From Diplonema japonicum (Eukaryota > Protista > Euglenozoa: Diplonemea): 64,000 bases of DNA. A model generated the notes under the pieces. It searched no databases. It worked only from the letters and a program-made list of their open reading frames with translations, and had not been told where the DNA came from. This document shows, piece by piece, positions 1-11,160 of this stretch (position 1 is its first letter; every line of letters starts with the position of its first letter). The stretch is from NCBI GenBank assembly GCA_964019335.1, contig OZ025717.1:428669-492668 (forward strand). Direction: 5' to 3'. Position numbers and translations under genes: made by a program.

Positions 1-285
1 AGGAGAGCCTTTTATCTATCAGACATCTTTATCAACATTCCAAGACTTGTGTCTCAGGAGTACACGCCGGGATTAGTGACCCACCCTCTGGGCACCACGT
101 GAGACGGTAACGATCAACACAAACTTTTTTATGTGCGAAATATAAAAAAAAAGAAAAACAACGTGCGGCTGTACACCTATTCCACGTTCTACCGTTTAAC
201 TAAAGCGACTAAGAAGCTGATTTTTCGTTTTTTTTTCTTTTTTTTTTCTTCTGTTCCTTATTATTTTTTTTTTCAAAATAATGCG

Positions 286-882
286 TTACTGATGCATCTC
301 AAGGGGTGAGCTCGAACTAGAATCCTTTGAACTGTCACGCTGTGACAGAGTGTTGTTCAGGCAGGTGGCTTCAAGCTCTCTGAGTGCAAGGATGAACCCA
401 AGGTTGGGGGAGATGGTGGGACGCTTCTTCAGGATCATATTGTATGCATGGTCGAGAGGTGTTTCGCATCTTATGATCAGGTACGCCAGGGTGAGAGCAG
501 GGGAACGCGAGATGCCTTTCTTGCAATGGATGAGGACCTTCCCCCCTGCGCTACGTGCATCATCGATGAAGTGACAAACTGTTAGAAAGCAGTCTGCTAT
601 GGGAGCACCTACATTGTCTTTCAACTCCAGGTTCAACACACGCGACGGGGGGCAGACATTGCGGCTCACGGTGCACTCGGAGGCAGCGTTCACGATGTGC
701 GTGATCCCGTTGGCACCCATCCATTCTTCATTACAAGCGTCTAGATAACCTCCTATGAAGAGCCAGTCCTCAAACACACTCGACGCACCTCGATTGACTT
801 CCTCCTGACGTGCCTCGACCACAGGCGGCTCATCCACCACGACACATGAGTCGAGCTTCAAACACGGTCTCCCTCGTGCCAT
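286..882 (-). CDS. Dual-specificity protein phosphatase
   Basis: ORF with catalytic loop VLIHCKKGISRS, LFIGG, ITHIVN and RPTISPNLGF motifs. Confidence 0.92.
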   Translation of the reverse strand: MARGRPCLKLDSCVVVDEPPVVEARQEEVNRGASSVFEDWLFIGGYLDACNEEWMGANGITHIVNAASECTVSRNVCPPSRVLNLELKDNVGAPIADCFLTVCHFIDDARSAGGKVLIHCKKGISRSPALTLAYLIIRCETPLDHAYNMILKKRPTISPNLGFILALRELEATCLNNTLSQRDSSKDSSSSSPLEMHQ

Positions 883-974
883 ATGCTTGCCTCCTGTAAA
901 ATAACATTTTGATAAATCAACACAGGGGAGGGGCTTTTAAAAAACGCGATGAGAAAACAAAAGGAGGATCATAA

Positions 975-1412
975 CTACTGGCTAGGTTTAGGTGTTGCGG
1001 GCTTATCACCTGGCGCGTCACTGAAGTCTGGAATGACGACATCATCAAACACCTCCTGCCCAAATCTCCAAATTGTATAGAAGTAAAGTGCCAGTGCTGT
1101 GAAGGTGAGCAACAGCCCCATCCTGTTTACATATCTACGCTGCCTTGGTTCAAGGTGGTCTCTGTGGACACCGGCAACAGCTTCCTCAGCATCTTCGATA
1201 AGCTCTGCAATGGACGAGTTGGTGTAGGGCACCCGTCTCAGAGTGACTTTAGCAGCAGTGGGGTTCCAGCGCTTCTCCTGTTCCCTTGTCGCCCCCATTC
1301 TTGGTAAAACATCTGACCTCTTCTGATGTGCACCCCCAGCGTTCTTATCGTAAGTCGGATCAAATAAACTCAGGCACACCTTGCTGCCTGACAAAACACC
1401 CCGCCGTAGCAT
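975..1412 (-). CDS. Small mitochondrial membrane protein, possibly COA3/CCDC56-like
   Basis: MLRR presequence-like start; single TM helix followed by YFYTIWRFGQEVFDD, resembling the Coa3 C-terminal pattern; family uncertain. Confidence 0.5.
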   Translation of the reverse strand: MLRRGVLSGSKVCLSLFDPTYDKNAGGAHQKRSDVLPRMGATREQEKRWNPTAAKVTLRRVPYTNSSIAELIEDAEEAVAGVHRDHLEPRQRRYVNRMGLLLTFTALALYFYTIWRFGQEVFDDVVIPDFSDAPGDKPATPKPSQ

Positions 1413-1536
1413 ATTGCTGTCTTTCCCTGATGTGCTGTGTGAGGTAAAGAGAACGCAACTAAGAAATAAGATTATTTGTGTTGTCCAGAAAACATTGAAA
1501 CAGGTGACAAATCAGGAACCAAATCACCCCCCCCCC

Positions 1537-1726
1537 CCCCAGGCTATGTTGGCAAGGAAATGCGTTTCCAAGCTTTTTTTGAAATAAGAAGAAACGGAAC
1601 GGAATTTCCTAATAATAAGAACACGTTTCTAGAAGGAAATGTTTATTAAGTAAGTCTGAAATAAGGAAATGGAAATGGAAATGGAAACAGCCAAACAGAA
1701 ACATTTCTTGCCAACATAGCCTGGGG
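1537..1726. mobile_element. MITE-like element with ~22-25 bp terminal inverted repeats
   Basis: CAGGCTATGTTGGCAAGGAAATG at 1540 and its near-perfect reverse complement CATTTCTTGCCAACATAGCCTG at 1702-1723; non-coding interior. Confidence 0.75.
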
Positions 1727-1837
1727 AGGGGGGTCCTAAGGGGGTCGTTTTTTTGCCATTTTTCAGTTTCTTCACCAAGGGCATTTTGGGCCCTTAAAAA
1801 AACTAGGGAACGTAAAAAAGGGGTCCATAGGATTACA

Positions 1838-1945
1838 CCAGTGATGGGTGAATCCTAATTAGGACTAGACCGGACTGGACTGGACCGGACTGGATCCAGC
1901 GTGAATTTCGACCCAATTATGCCAGACTGACTGGACTGACCAGTG
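1838..1945 (+). repeat. Repeat with GGACT/GGACC pentamer array; direct copy at ~6184-6330
   Basis: GTGATGGGTGAATCCTAATTAGGACTAGACC...GAATTTCGACCCAATTATGC present at both 1841 and 6186. Confidence 0.85.
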
Positions 1946-2019
1946 TTGGTCAGTCCCGTCCCGTCCCCTAAAACGGAATACGGGCCTGGACGGGACTCAC
2001 GGGACTCTCCCCAACACTG
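1941..2019. mobile_element. Mini-MITE with CAGTGTTGG termini
   Basis: Starts CAGTGTTGG, ends CCAACACTG, internal GTCCC/GGGAC inverted motifs. Confidence 0.6.
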
Positions 2020-2750
2020 TCATTATTTTTGATAGTTTTGCAACCTTTTTTTTTTTTTTTTTTTTTTTTCCCTTTGGAAAAAAAAAAAAAAAATGGGGAA
2101 AAAAAAAAGAGAAAAAAATCCTTGATTTTTTTTGACATACATGATGTGTTTACCTTTTTTTTTTTCCTTCTTTTTTCTTGTCTTCTCACATTTTTTCGCA
2201 CACCTAAGCCAAGCTGTTGTTTCTGCTTTCCGCATCAAATGTTGTATTTGGATGTAATAGAAAAGGGGGGAAATAATAAATAATATGTATAAGAGGAGGG
2301 TGTGTATGTTTATACAACCTGTGTAAACAGATCGGTTCCTTGCTTTCAGCGCCGTGCCCCTAATGCGTGCGATGTACAGGAAGCCTCAACCCCTGCATCG
2401 CACTGCCTGTTTGTTGCACATATTTTCATGTTGTCCCCCCCCCCACCTGAAAATAATATATAGGAGACAAATATATGAGTTAAAGGAGGCCGGTGTTGGC
2501 AGCACCCTGCACAAGAACTGTCTACTTGATTACAGGGGGCACACCGCGGCCGGGATGTAGCTTCTTCTGCGTTCCACATCGTGCCCTTAATCACTGCAGC
2601 CAGGTTGTAACTTCTTGCATTCTGTGTCATTTCCTTCACCACCACGGCCGGGTTGTAGCTTCTTCTGCGTTCTGCATCGTGTCCTTAATCACTGTGGCCG
2701 AGTTGTAGCTTTTTGTGTTCCGTGTCATTTCCTTAATCACGATGGCTGGC
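2001..2750 (-). repeat. Left arm of ~750-bp inverted repeat (right arm ~5390-6178), including a ~49-bp tandem array
   Basis: Direct comparison, e.g. TTTGACATACATGATGTGTTTACC (~2130) vs GGTAAACACATCATGTATGTCAAA (~6025). Confidence 0.88.
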
Positions 2751-4185
2751 GGCCGAGAGTCCCAGAGGGTGTGCTCCAGGAGCCTTGACGTATGTTGCGA
2801 AATGTCGAAAGTAGCGTCGCATCCCATGCATTTCATCCGCCCCCCAACCACGTCGTTGATGACCTTGGGATGGAACGGGAAAACGGCCCCCACTATCACC
2901 TGTAGCACCCTTCGAGCTTTGGGCGGATTTCGGGTCGCCAGGTGCAAGTGTAGCCCGTTGGTGGCCTTCTCGTCGATGTTGCCCATCCCCTGAAAGGAGG
3001 GTCTACTCTCTTCTAGGGCCGTTCGCAGGTGGACCTTCAGGAGCTTCCTGACCTCGTGCTTCAGGCCCTGGACCCTTCGTCGCTTTGCATCATTCGCGCA
3101 AACGTCGTGATTCTGTGGTATGCGGCTGCTGAATAAGGGTCCAGCCTGTGACCTTTGAAAGCCACCCCAAGGAGGGCTCCCAACGAGCGAGTCGGGTTGT
3201 GTGGGCCCCATATGCAAGAGGTAATCTTCTTCCTGAGGGAGTCCAGAAGCGAGTCTGTGGGCAGTGTGTAGAGCACTCCATAGAGCGCCGCTGGGAGGAT
3301 GCAGTCCTCTATCAGTAGAGCCTTACGCGATCTTGTGATGTGGGTTACTGTGAGCCTGTCGACCGCATCCAGTGCCATGGTGAACCTGGTGTTCTTCGTT
3401 CTGGTGGGCTGCAAGCACACAGTGCACCCCAGCATAGTGATGCTTTTCACTGTTTCAAATACGGTGTCCCTCATTGCCAGCTTGCCTCTGTACCCCTTCT
3501 TGGTGCTGAAGGCTTTAGTTTTCCCCGGGTGTACCAACATGTTCATCAGGTGGCAGAGCTTGTCCAGCAGGAGAATGGAACTCTGGACCACCCTCTCCAA
3601 GATCCTAGAGAAGAGGTATAGGTCGTCTGTGTAAGAGATGGGTAGGACTTCTGGGGATGTGGTGATGCATCGCCTGGTGTAGGCAGCAAGGATGGCATTG
3701 ATGAAGACGGGCAAGATAGGGCATCCCTGGAGGATCCCATTTGTGGTGTGGAACACCTCCCCTACCCCACCTGGAAGTGCAAACGTTGGTTGAGGTTGGC
3801 ATACATGGATCTCAGTGGTCATAGGATGTTCTCAGACATGCCCAGTCTCTCTGCCAGGTTGAATGTTAATGTGACAGGGATGGAGTTGAAACACTTCCTG
3901 AAGTCCACTGACTTCATACAGAGGTTCCACCCCCTGTCAAGCATTTTCCACTTGTGCACACACTTTGAAGAGTAGGTCATCAACACTGTGTTTTGGTCTA
4001 AATCCATGCTGTGTTGGGGTGATCCACCATTCCTGCCACTTGAGAATGGCTGGAAGCCTGGTGCATGCCCAAAGGTGGTAGAAGGCACTAGAAACCGTGA
4101 TTGGGCAATGATCCAGGGGTTCCTCCAACTCAGAATTTCAGGATCATCGTGATCAGGGCTGTCAGGATGGCCTGTGGCCACATGC
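2750..4185 (-). mobile_element. Decayed non-LTR retrotransposon (reverse transcriptase pseudogene)
   Basis: RT motifs spread over several frames: CPITVSSAFYHLW, QHGFRP, SVDFRKCFNSI, GILQGCPILP, ISYTDDL, HPGKTK, TMLG; stops and frameshifts. Confidence 0.88.
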
Positions 4186-4679
4186 CAGGGGTGAATCCAG
4201 TCCAGTCCGGTGTACCCAGCCGTGGTGAGAGATATATGAGTTAAAGGACCTGCACAAGACTACTTGATTACAGGGGGTACACCACAGCTTCTTCTGCGTT
4301 CCGTGTCGTGTCCTTAATGTGTGCAGTGTTCAGCTCAACCCCAGCTGGGGTGTCCTGGGTAACCAGATTCTGCTCATGCAGGGGTGGGTCATTCCATTCC
4401 CTTCTGCCAAACTGAAAAGTCAGAGCTTGGTGGAACGGTGGAACGGTGGAACCAGTGGAACTGGAACTTGGTGGAACAGGGAATTCCTTACCTTTTTTTT
4501 TTTTTTTCCTCTTGCATCATCAAGGTTGAAAGTGGTGACTATATCACCACAACACTGACAGCACAATATTCCATGTCATGTCCTTAATGTGTGCAGTGTG
4601 CAGCTCAACACCAGAGCATCTGCACAGTGTTGGTCCAGACCCTTGAGGGACTCAGGGAACTCCAAGGGACAGGACAGGA

Positions 4680-4905
4680 GTCCCCTGAAATTTTCAGGGG
4701 TCTGGAGGGGACTCCAGGGACTGGAGGGACTCAGGGGACCTTGGGACCAAAAAATTTCTTTGTGTTTTTTGTCACAAAGGCCCAAATTTAGGCTGGAGCT
4801 TGCATTTTTTTGGCACTTTTGGTTTCAAAGGTTCAAAAAAAGAGGTCCTAGGTTTGGGTGGGATGTGAGGCAAGGCTCATACTACCTTGTTGTGACTATG
4901 TAAAA
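4680..4905 (+). repeat. ~220-bp repeat, inverted copy at ~7440-7650
   Basis: AGAGGTCCTAGGTTTGGGTGGGATGTGAGGCAAGGCTCATACTACCTTGTTGTGACTATG and its reverse complement at 7441-7500. Confidence 0.88.
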
Positions 4906-4998
4906 AAAGGGGAGACCTGCTTTGAAAAAAATATTAAAAGAGGCCTTTGCAAGAAAAGTACAATGCAAAAAAAAAAAAAAAGTAAAAAAAGGGATGGG

Positions 4999-5054
4999 CA
5001 GTGTTGGCCAGACTGGTGGTCTGAGGGTCTGGCCCACAAACCACCCCAACACTG
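4999..5054. mobile_element. Mini-MITE with CAGTGTTGG termini
   Basis: CAGTGTTGG...CCAACACTG, same termini as 1941-2019, different interior. Confidence 0.55.
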
Positions 5055-5145
5055 CAAATTTTCGACACACATGATGTATGCAACACAGGGTGCACAATAT
5101 ACAAAAGGAAAAAAAAAAAAAAGATGCATGGGGGTGCTGACTGTT

Positions 5146-5176
<31 letters not shown>

Positions 5177-5189
5177 CTTTTATCCTCTT

Positions 5190-6178
5190 TTTCAGGTGGT
5201 GGGCATAACATGAAAATATAAGAAAAACATCAGATGTGTTGTTCACTGTTGACCTCCTCATCTGTCATCACTGAGCAAACCACATGAGCACAGAATCTTG
5301 GTTACCTGGGGTGCCCCAGCTGGGGTTGAGCTGAACACCACACACATTAAGGACACGACACAGAATGCAGAAGAAGCTACAACCTGGCCATCCAGCCATT
5401 GTGATTAAGGAAATGACATGGAACACAAAAAGCTACAACTCAGCCATGGTGATTAAGGACATGATGCAGAATGCAGAAGAAGCTACAACTCAGCCATGGT
5501 GGTTAAGGAAATGACACAGAATGCAAGAAGTTACAACCTGGCTGCAGTGATTAAGGGCATGATGTGGAATGCAGAAGAAGCTACATCCTGGCCACAGTGA
5601 TTAAGGAAATGATGCAGAATGCAGAAGAAGCTACAACTTGGCTGCAGTGTGCCCCCTGTAATCAAGTAGACAGTTCTTGTGCAGGGTGCTAACACTGGCC
5701 TCCTTTAACTCATCATATTTATCTCCTATATATTATTTTCAGGTGGGGGGGGGGACAACATGAAAATATGTGCAACAAACAGGCAGTGCAATGCAGGGGT
5801 TGAGCTGTACATTGCATGCATTAGGGGCATGGTGCTGAAAGCAAGGAACCAATCTGTTTACACAGGTTGTATATACACCCTCCTCTTATACATATTATTT
5901 ATTATTTCCCCCCTTTTCTATTACATCCAAATACAACATTTGATGTGGAAAGCAGAAACAACAGCTTGGCTTAGGTGTGTGAAAAAATGTGAGAAGACAA
6001 GAAAAAAAGAAGGGAAAAAAAAAAGGTAAACACATCATGTATGTCAAAAAAAATCAAGGATTTTTTTCTCTTTTTTTTTTCCCCATTTTTTTTTTTTTTT
6101 CCAAAGGGAAAAAAAGAAGAAAAAAAAAGTTGTAAAACTATCAATAATAATAACAATGACAGTGTTGGGGAGAGTCCC
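5190..6178 (+). repeat. Dispersed-repeat copy with ~49-bp tandem array (~5345-5650); right arm of inverted repeat
   Basis: Units like GTGATTAAGGAAATGACACAGAATGCAGAAGAAGCTACAACTCAGCCATG recur about every 49 bp. Confidence 0.88.
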
Positions 6179-6429
6179 ATAAGCAGTGATGGGTGAATCC
6201 TAATTAGGACTAGACCAGACTGGACCAGACCAGACCAGATCTGGTGTGAATTTCGACCCAATTATGCTGGACTGACTGGACTGACCAGACTGGACCAGAC
6301 CAGACTGGACTGGACTGAACCGGACTGTACAAGATACAACCACAACACCACATCCCCTTTTTTTTGCTGCAGAGTTCAAACATATAAACAGATGTCTACA
6401 AGAAAAGATGTTACACAGGTACTGAGAGA

Positions 6430-7335
6430 CAACAACCCAGGGCGCCCTGGCTAGGGTTGAGCTGAACCCCACACACATTAAGGACACAACATGGAGCACA
6501 GAAGAAGCTACAACTCAGCCACAGTGATCAAGGACACAATGCAGAATGCAGAAGAAGGCTGTGGTGCACCCCCTGTAATCAAGCAGACAGTTCTTGTGCA
6601 GGGCACCACCAACACCAGCCTCTTTTAACTCATATATTATATCATTCAGGTGGTGGGGATAACATGGAAATATAAGAAGTACATCAGATGTGTTGTTCAC
6701 TGTTGACCTCCATGTCAGTCATCACCAGTAGTGCCCAAGTGGAGAACATAATGCAGATGCTCAGGGTGATGAATTGGCAGCAAACTGCATGAGCACAGAA
6801 TTTTGGTTACCCTGGGTTGCTACGGCTGGGGTTAAGCTGCACACTGCACACATTAAGAACACAACACAGAACACAGAAGAAGCTACAACTCAGCTGCAGT
6901 GCCCCCCTGTATCAAGTTAACAGTTCTTGTGCAGGTGGTGCCAACATGATGAACAGGCATTTCCTCCATCCACTTGGCCAGTCATCACCTGTAGCACCCT
7001 GAGTGGAAGAACAAATTGCAGATGCTCAGGGTGAGTAAACTACTTAGGGCACCAGCTGGGGTTGAGCTACACACCGCATGCATTAAGGACATGACACGGA
7101 ACGCAGAAGCGGCCAAGGTGCACCCCCTGTCACTGGTCTCCTTTACCTCTTTCATGTTATTTGGTGGTGGGGATCACAGAAATATGGAAATATAAGAAGT
7201 ACATCAGATGTGTTGTTTGCTGTTGACCTCCATGTTGGTCATCACCAGTTGTGCCCAAGTGGAGGAACATATTGCAGATGCTCAGGGTGATGAACTGGCA
7301 GCAAACTACACAGGCCCAGAATCTTAGTTACCAGG
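6430..7335 (+). repeat. Several CpG-depleted copies and fragments of the ~270-bp dispersed repeat
   Basis: ATATAAGAAGTACATCAGATGTGTTGTT at ~6670 and ~7190 matches ~32820. Confidence 0.88.
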
Positions 7336-8289
7336 GCCATGGGACTTGGGAGGCTTCAGGGCAAAGTTTCACAAGGGTGGCCACTGTGTCACATACTGCC
7401 TGGCACCACTAAAATCGAGACAACTTTTTTTTTTTTTTTACATAGTCACAACAAGGTAGTATGAGCCTTGCCTCACATCCCACCCAAACCTAGGACCTCT
7501 TATTTTGAACTTTTGAAACCAAAAGTAGCAAGCTCCAGCCTAAATTTGGGCCTTTGTGACACAAAAAACACAAAGAAATTTTTTGGTCAGTCTCCTGAGT
7601 CCCTTCAGTCCCCTGAGTCCCCTCCAGACCCCTGAAAATTTCAGGAGACTCCTCTCAGCCTCTCAGTTTGTCAGCCTATGTGGAGGTCACAGGTCACTTC
7701 TGCTGGTCTGGCTTCTTGGGTCTGATTGGTTGCCCAACCATCTGCCACTTCCTGGCCTTTTGGTGCTGTGGTTGTTGTTGCTTGGCTGGGGTCTGCTTCT
7801 GTTGCTGTCCCTGCTGTCCTTTCATGAGCTTCAAAAGCAATCCCACTATCCTGGTGCATTCTCCACTCCAAGCCCCCTGGCTTGCCAGTCTCTCTGCTTT
7901 GTCAAGCAGCTCTCCAATCAGCTTCCTATCCATTTTTGTGGGAAGACAAGTTTTTTTTTTTTATATGATTATTATTATATTATTTTATATTATTTATTAG
8001 TTTCTTGAGTTTATAGTATAGTCAAGTATGATTGATGTTCCACTCCTGTGTTGAAAGGAAGTAGAGATTAACCTATATTTATCAGCCATGGGGAGTGACC
8101 ACCAATTCACCAAAAAAACCCTGACATTTTTCTGTCCAGGAGTTTTTCCAGGCAAATGTTTACCCTGCTGGTGGTTTGAATTTTTCTTCCCCTTTCAATG
8201 CACCAACAAACAGCACCCACAGGATCTTTAACTTCTCAATACAAAGAATGAGAAAGGTAAGTTATAAAGGAGAGAAAAATGACAGATAG

Positions 8290-8560
8290 ACCATTACTAG
8301 GCCAAGTATTAGTGAAAAAAACTTTTTTTTGAGGTAAATTATCACTTTTCAGGTGTTTTTGATCACTTTTTTTGTGAGGGAAAAAAAGTTTTTTGGGCAC
8401 TTTTTTTTGACCCCTGACCATCCCACTTTCACTATTAGCCTCTATTAGGGCCTAGAATAGGTACTTTTGAGAAAAAAGTTTTTTTTTGAAAAAAAAAAAT
8501 CAATTTTTGGGTGTTGTTGACTATTTTTTTTGTGAGGAAAAAAAGTTTTTTTGGGCACTT
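8290..8560 (+). repeat. Degenerate ~155-bp tandem duplication
   Basis: TTTTTTTGTGAGG(G/A)AAAAAAAGTTTTTTGGGCACTT at ~8366 and ~8525. Confidence 0.7.
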
Positions 8561-8804
8561 AGGGGGGTTTTCAGGTGTATCCACTCTTGACCCCTGTTGT
8601 CCCCTCTTGACCAATGTCGTCCCCTCTTGTCCCCTCTTGTCCCATTTTTCGGCTGAGGGGAGGGGAGGGGTCATACCCAACACCGCCTCTACAGACTCCC
8701 AGGAACTTTACCAACCAGCAACTGCACAGTCAGTAGTGTTTTCTTTTTACTACTTATTGAATTTACTTTCACCAGTTTCAACTCACATCACAGGAAAGTG
8801 TAAT

Positions 8805-11160
8805 ATGCCATTGCAAGAAAGCACTGTAGAATCTCAGAACGAAATCTTAGATGATCTGTTGAAGACAATCCAGGCACTTGTAGCTAACCCTCATGATGAG
8901 GTATGTGAGGAGGAGTGGGAAAACGTAAAAAGTGGAGAGTTTATTGCTGTGAGAGAGGTGGTGCTGAAGTCACCAAAAATATTAGATGGGTTAGGACCGG
9001 AAAATTATGGACTGATACATTATGCAGTGTTGCATGGAGAATTGGATACAGTAAAATATATAGTAAGTCTATGTGGTGATGTAAACCTGTGTGATGGGGC
9101 AGGAAGGACGGCTCTTGATCTATGTGACAAGTGCCCTGAAGAGGTCCGGTGTGACATGACATTGTTTCTAACACAGAAGGGGGGTAAAAGGCGGAATCTA
9201 ACACCTTGTCTTGCAGAAGAAACAGAGTACAGCAGCTTCACCGACGTTGGGATGACTAGTGGGCACAAAGATTTTGATGTCTTGGAACCTGTTGTGATGA
9301 GCCCTAGCAGTGAAACCTTTAGTGTTCCAAATCGAACCTTCAGCGACGATGACTACAGTGGAGAAGTGCTGGACATCCCCACCCTGCCGACGACAACTGT
9401 CACCTTTGTCGACCCAAACACCGGAAACCAACTCACCTTCCTAAACAACGATGGGCAGATGCGATACGAGATTGGTGGTAAACAGCGACCACCTTTCAAG
9501 GTCCTCCAATTCTCGCCATATCCACCCCACATCATGTTTCCTGACATTGGGATGTGTGCCACGCTTCCGACAGATACACAGAAGCTACAGCAGATCCTCG
9601 GTGGGATACGGGGTATGGCAGAGACCGCCTCTGTGAAACACGACATCGCAATGAAAATAAAACTGAAGAAGGAAACCACCCACTGGCGCTCAGACACCAC
9701 AAACCTCGTCATTGTGGCCGTCATCCCCGACGGGAAGGGGAAGATATTCATCACTCAAAGGCTTTGCAGGTGGTTGAACTGGAAAGGGATTCGCTCTAGG
9801 ATCTTCCATTCAAGCAATGACCGAAGTGCTGTGACGACCATGTTATCTTTCCTGAAGGACAACCCAGGCTCTGCAGGGATATTGAGCGCCACTAAATGCA
9901 CCGCCGAGGCAAGGCAAACACTGTTAACAAGGCTGCAACAGCATCCTAACATCATTGCCAAGGAGCGCATACTCTTCATCGACTCAACCGACCCCATGCT
10001 CCCTACAGAGCATCCTCGCAACTATGAGCCGCTTGCGGAGGAAACGGAAAACGACCTGTCATGGGTGCAACTTTCTACTTCCAAAGCACACGGTGGTCTT
10101 GGGGGACTAGTGTCAATCAACAGAGTTGCTGCACATCTTTCACAAAAGCTTCTGTTCTTCCTGCTTAATCTTAACCCTGCTGCCACTCCAACGTATGTCC
10201 CGGAAACAACAAAATATAAATAAATAAGTTACTTGGTGCGTACTGGTGAATCGCAGCATCAGGTGGAGAATCGCCTGGGTGGTGATTCACGATTGACGGG
10301 AGTGGTATGTGTTATTAAAGCATCCAATACACACAAAAGGGTTGGCAACATGCTGCGGCTGTCAGACGCTTCTTCAACCTGCCTGAGCATTCACACAAAA
10401 ACATGCAAGTGTTCTCTTCCACGAACTCCAGAGCCGTGGAGACGCAATCATGCTTCCAGGGCAAGAGGTTTAACACATTTCAATATAAGTATGAATGCTT
10501 GTTCTTTCTTTTTTTTAAATATTGAAACAGGTCGTTGAATGAGATCAATGCCGCTGAGTGTGACGGGTTGCGCCCAGAGGAAATCAAGAAGCGGTTTCCA
10601 CAGGTGTGGACGAAGAGACAGAAGGACAAGTATCACTATGGGTGGCCCAATGGGGAGTCGTACCAGAATCTGAACCAGAGGTTGGAACAAGTGATTCTGG
10701 ACATTCACCAGTATGTCACCCCCACAGTTCATTGCATTTCATTAACAGATCTGAGAAGCCCGTGCTTGTGATAGGGCATCTTGACATATGCCGTGGCCTC
10801 TTTGCATATCTCAGCGAGTTGCTGCCCGAGCTCTGCGTGTACTTAACAATCCCACAGAAGACCGTCTTCGAGTTCCAATACGACCCTGAGAAGCATATAG
10901 TTGATATCACTGCACACGATCTGACCAATGATATCCTTAAAGCTGGCGAACTTGGGATCAACCATGCCAACCGACCTTCTCAGGAGTATCTGAAGAGCAC
11001 CCCTGAACTACCAGAAAAAGTACCAGTCCCCTCCATCCCCCCTAACGTCCGCGACATCGCTAGGCCCAGCCATTCAAAGTCCCTTTCCACAGAAAGCTTT
11101 GAGCTCGATCACAATCATCGAAGCCACCCAAATTCACCTGAAAAGAATAACAGTCAATAA
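8805..11160 (+). CDS. Ankyrin-repeat 6-phosphofructo-2-kinase/fructose-2,6-bisphosphatase-like protein (spliced, degenerate catalytic motifs)
   Basis: Ankyrin (LIHYAVLHG...GRTALD), kinase-like GKGKIFITQRLCRWLNW, phosphatase-like YLVRTGES, LNEINAAECDG, YHYGWPNGESY; introns 10193-10228, 10305-10339 and at least two more. Confidence 0.85.

Noticed and set aside
5345-5650. Regularly spaced ~49-bp repeats as a CRISPR array
   Set aside because: The whole unit repeats with no unique spacers, there are no cas genes, and the context is eukaryotic; it is a minisatellite
8511-8804. 5' extensions of the long ORFs at 8511 (also 14152, 27187, 35208)
   Set aside because: They run through repeat or spacer sequence from non-ATG or poorly supported starts; downstream ATGs fit better
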